Shown here one piece after another: positions 63,539-64,000 of a stretch of 64,000 nt of DNA; the stretch's first letter is position 1; the number at the start of each line of letters is the position of its first letter. The DNA is from Deinococcus sp. Its GTDB lineage: Bacteria > Deinococcota > Deinococci > Deinococcales > Deinococcaceae. The notes beneath the pieces are model-generated. The model searched no databases. It saw nothing but the letters and a program-made list of their open reading frames with translations, and was not told the origin of the DNA. Location: NCBI GenBank assembly GCA_965261005.1, contig OZ253375.1, forward strand, positions 2,496,001 through 2,560,000, given 5' to 3'. The position numbers and the translations under genes were made by a program.

Positions 63539-64000
63539 GCCACCCGCCGGGTCGCGCGCACGTAGAGCCACACCAGCGGCGCGCCGAACAGGGCGACCAC
63601 GACGCTGAGGGCCATCGCCGCCGCGCGCCGGCCCAAGTCGGTGTCGGTAAAGGCCCGGTAGGCCAGCACCGGCAGCGTGGTGGGCGAGGTGGCGCCCAGC
63701 AGGGAGGGCACCTCGAACGAGGACAGGGTGTAGGCGAAGACCAGCACCGAGGCGGCCAGCAGCGAGGGAACGATGAGCGGCAGCGTGACCCGCAACAGCC
63801 GCGCGGCTGGGGCGGCGCCCAACGTTCTGGCCGCCTCCAGCAGGCGGGGGTCAATTTGCGCCAAGGCCGCCAGCACCGCCAAGCCGGTAAAGGGCGTCTC
63901 CTTCCAGACCAGCTCCAGAATCACGCCCAGCCCGCGCCCGTCGTAGAGCAGCGCGGGAAAGTCGGCCGGTCCCGCCGTCAAGCCCGCCGCGTGGATCAGG
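63535..64000 (-). CDS. ABC transporter permease, 5'-truncated by the window edge
   Basis: WKETPF, LLEAARTLGA. Confidence 0.88.
   Translation of the reverse strand, partial: LIHAAGLTAGPADFPALLYDGRGLGVILELVWKETPFTGLAVLAALAQIDPRLLEAARTLGAAPAARLLRVTLPLIVPSLLAASVLVFAYTLSSFEVPSLLGATSPTTLPVLAYRAFTDTDLGRRAAAMALSVVVALFGAPLVWLYVRATRRVA

Overview
GC-rich bacterial chromosome segment, most likely Deinococcota (Deinococcus-like). This is inferred from the crtB/crtI pair, a Hera-type DEAD-box helicase, monofunctional proline dehydrogenase, and many genes with a TANNNT box 5-7 nt before the start codon (leaderless mRNAs). Housekeeping content: xylB, tdk, crtB, crtI, mgsA, ychF, xpt, catalase, a put operon and tRNA-Ser(GGA). 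Accessory content is rich. (1) A TPR-wHTH-BTAD regulator sits head-to-head with an unannotated 54-aa secreted propeptide gene, a candidate RRNPP-like peptide signalling cassette and my best candidate for an undescribed system. (2) A DUF4157 protein carries GH19 and NlpC/P60 peptidoglycan hydrolase domains. Its coupled partner shares a beta-domain with it, and the cassette lies between two copies of an ABC-F 3' end. (3) A lipase effector is followed by two paralogous putative immunity genes and an orphan lipase module. (4) Also present: a xenorhodopsin, two VapBC modules and two antitoxin remnants, IS3/IS66 remnants, a uORF attenuator upstream of the ABC-F gene, and two candidate sRNAs. All calls come from motif recognition by eye; no database searches were run.
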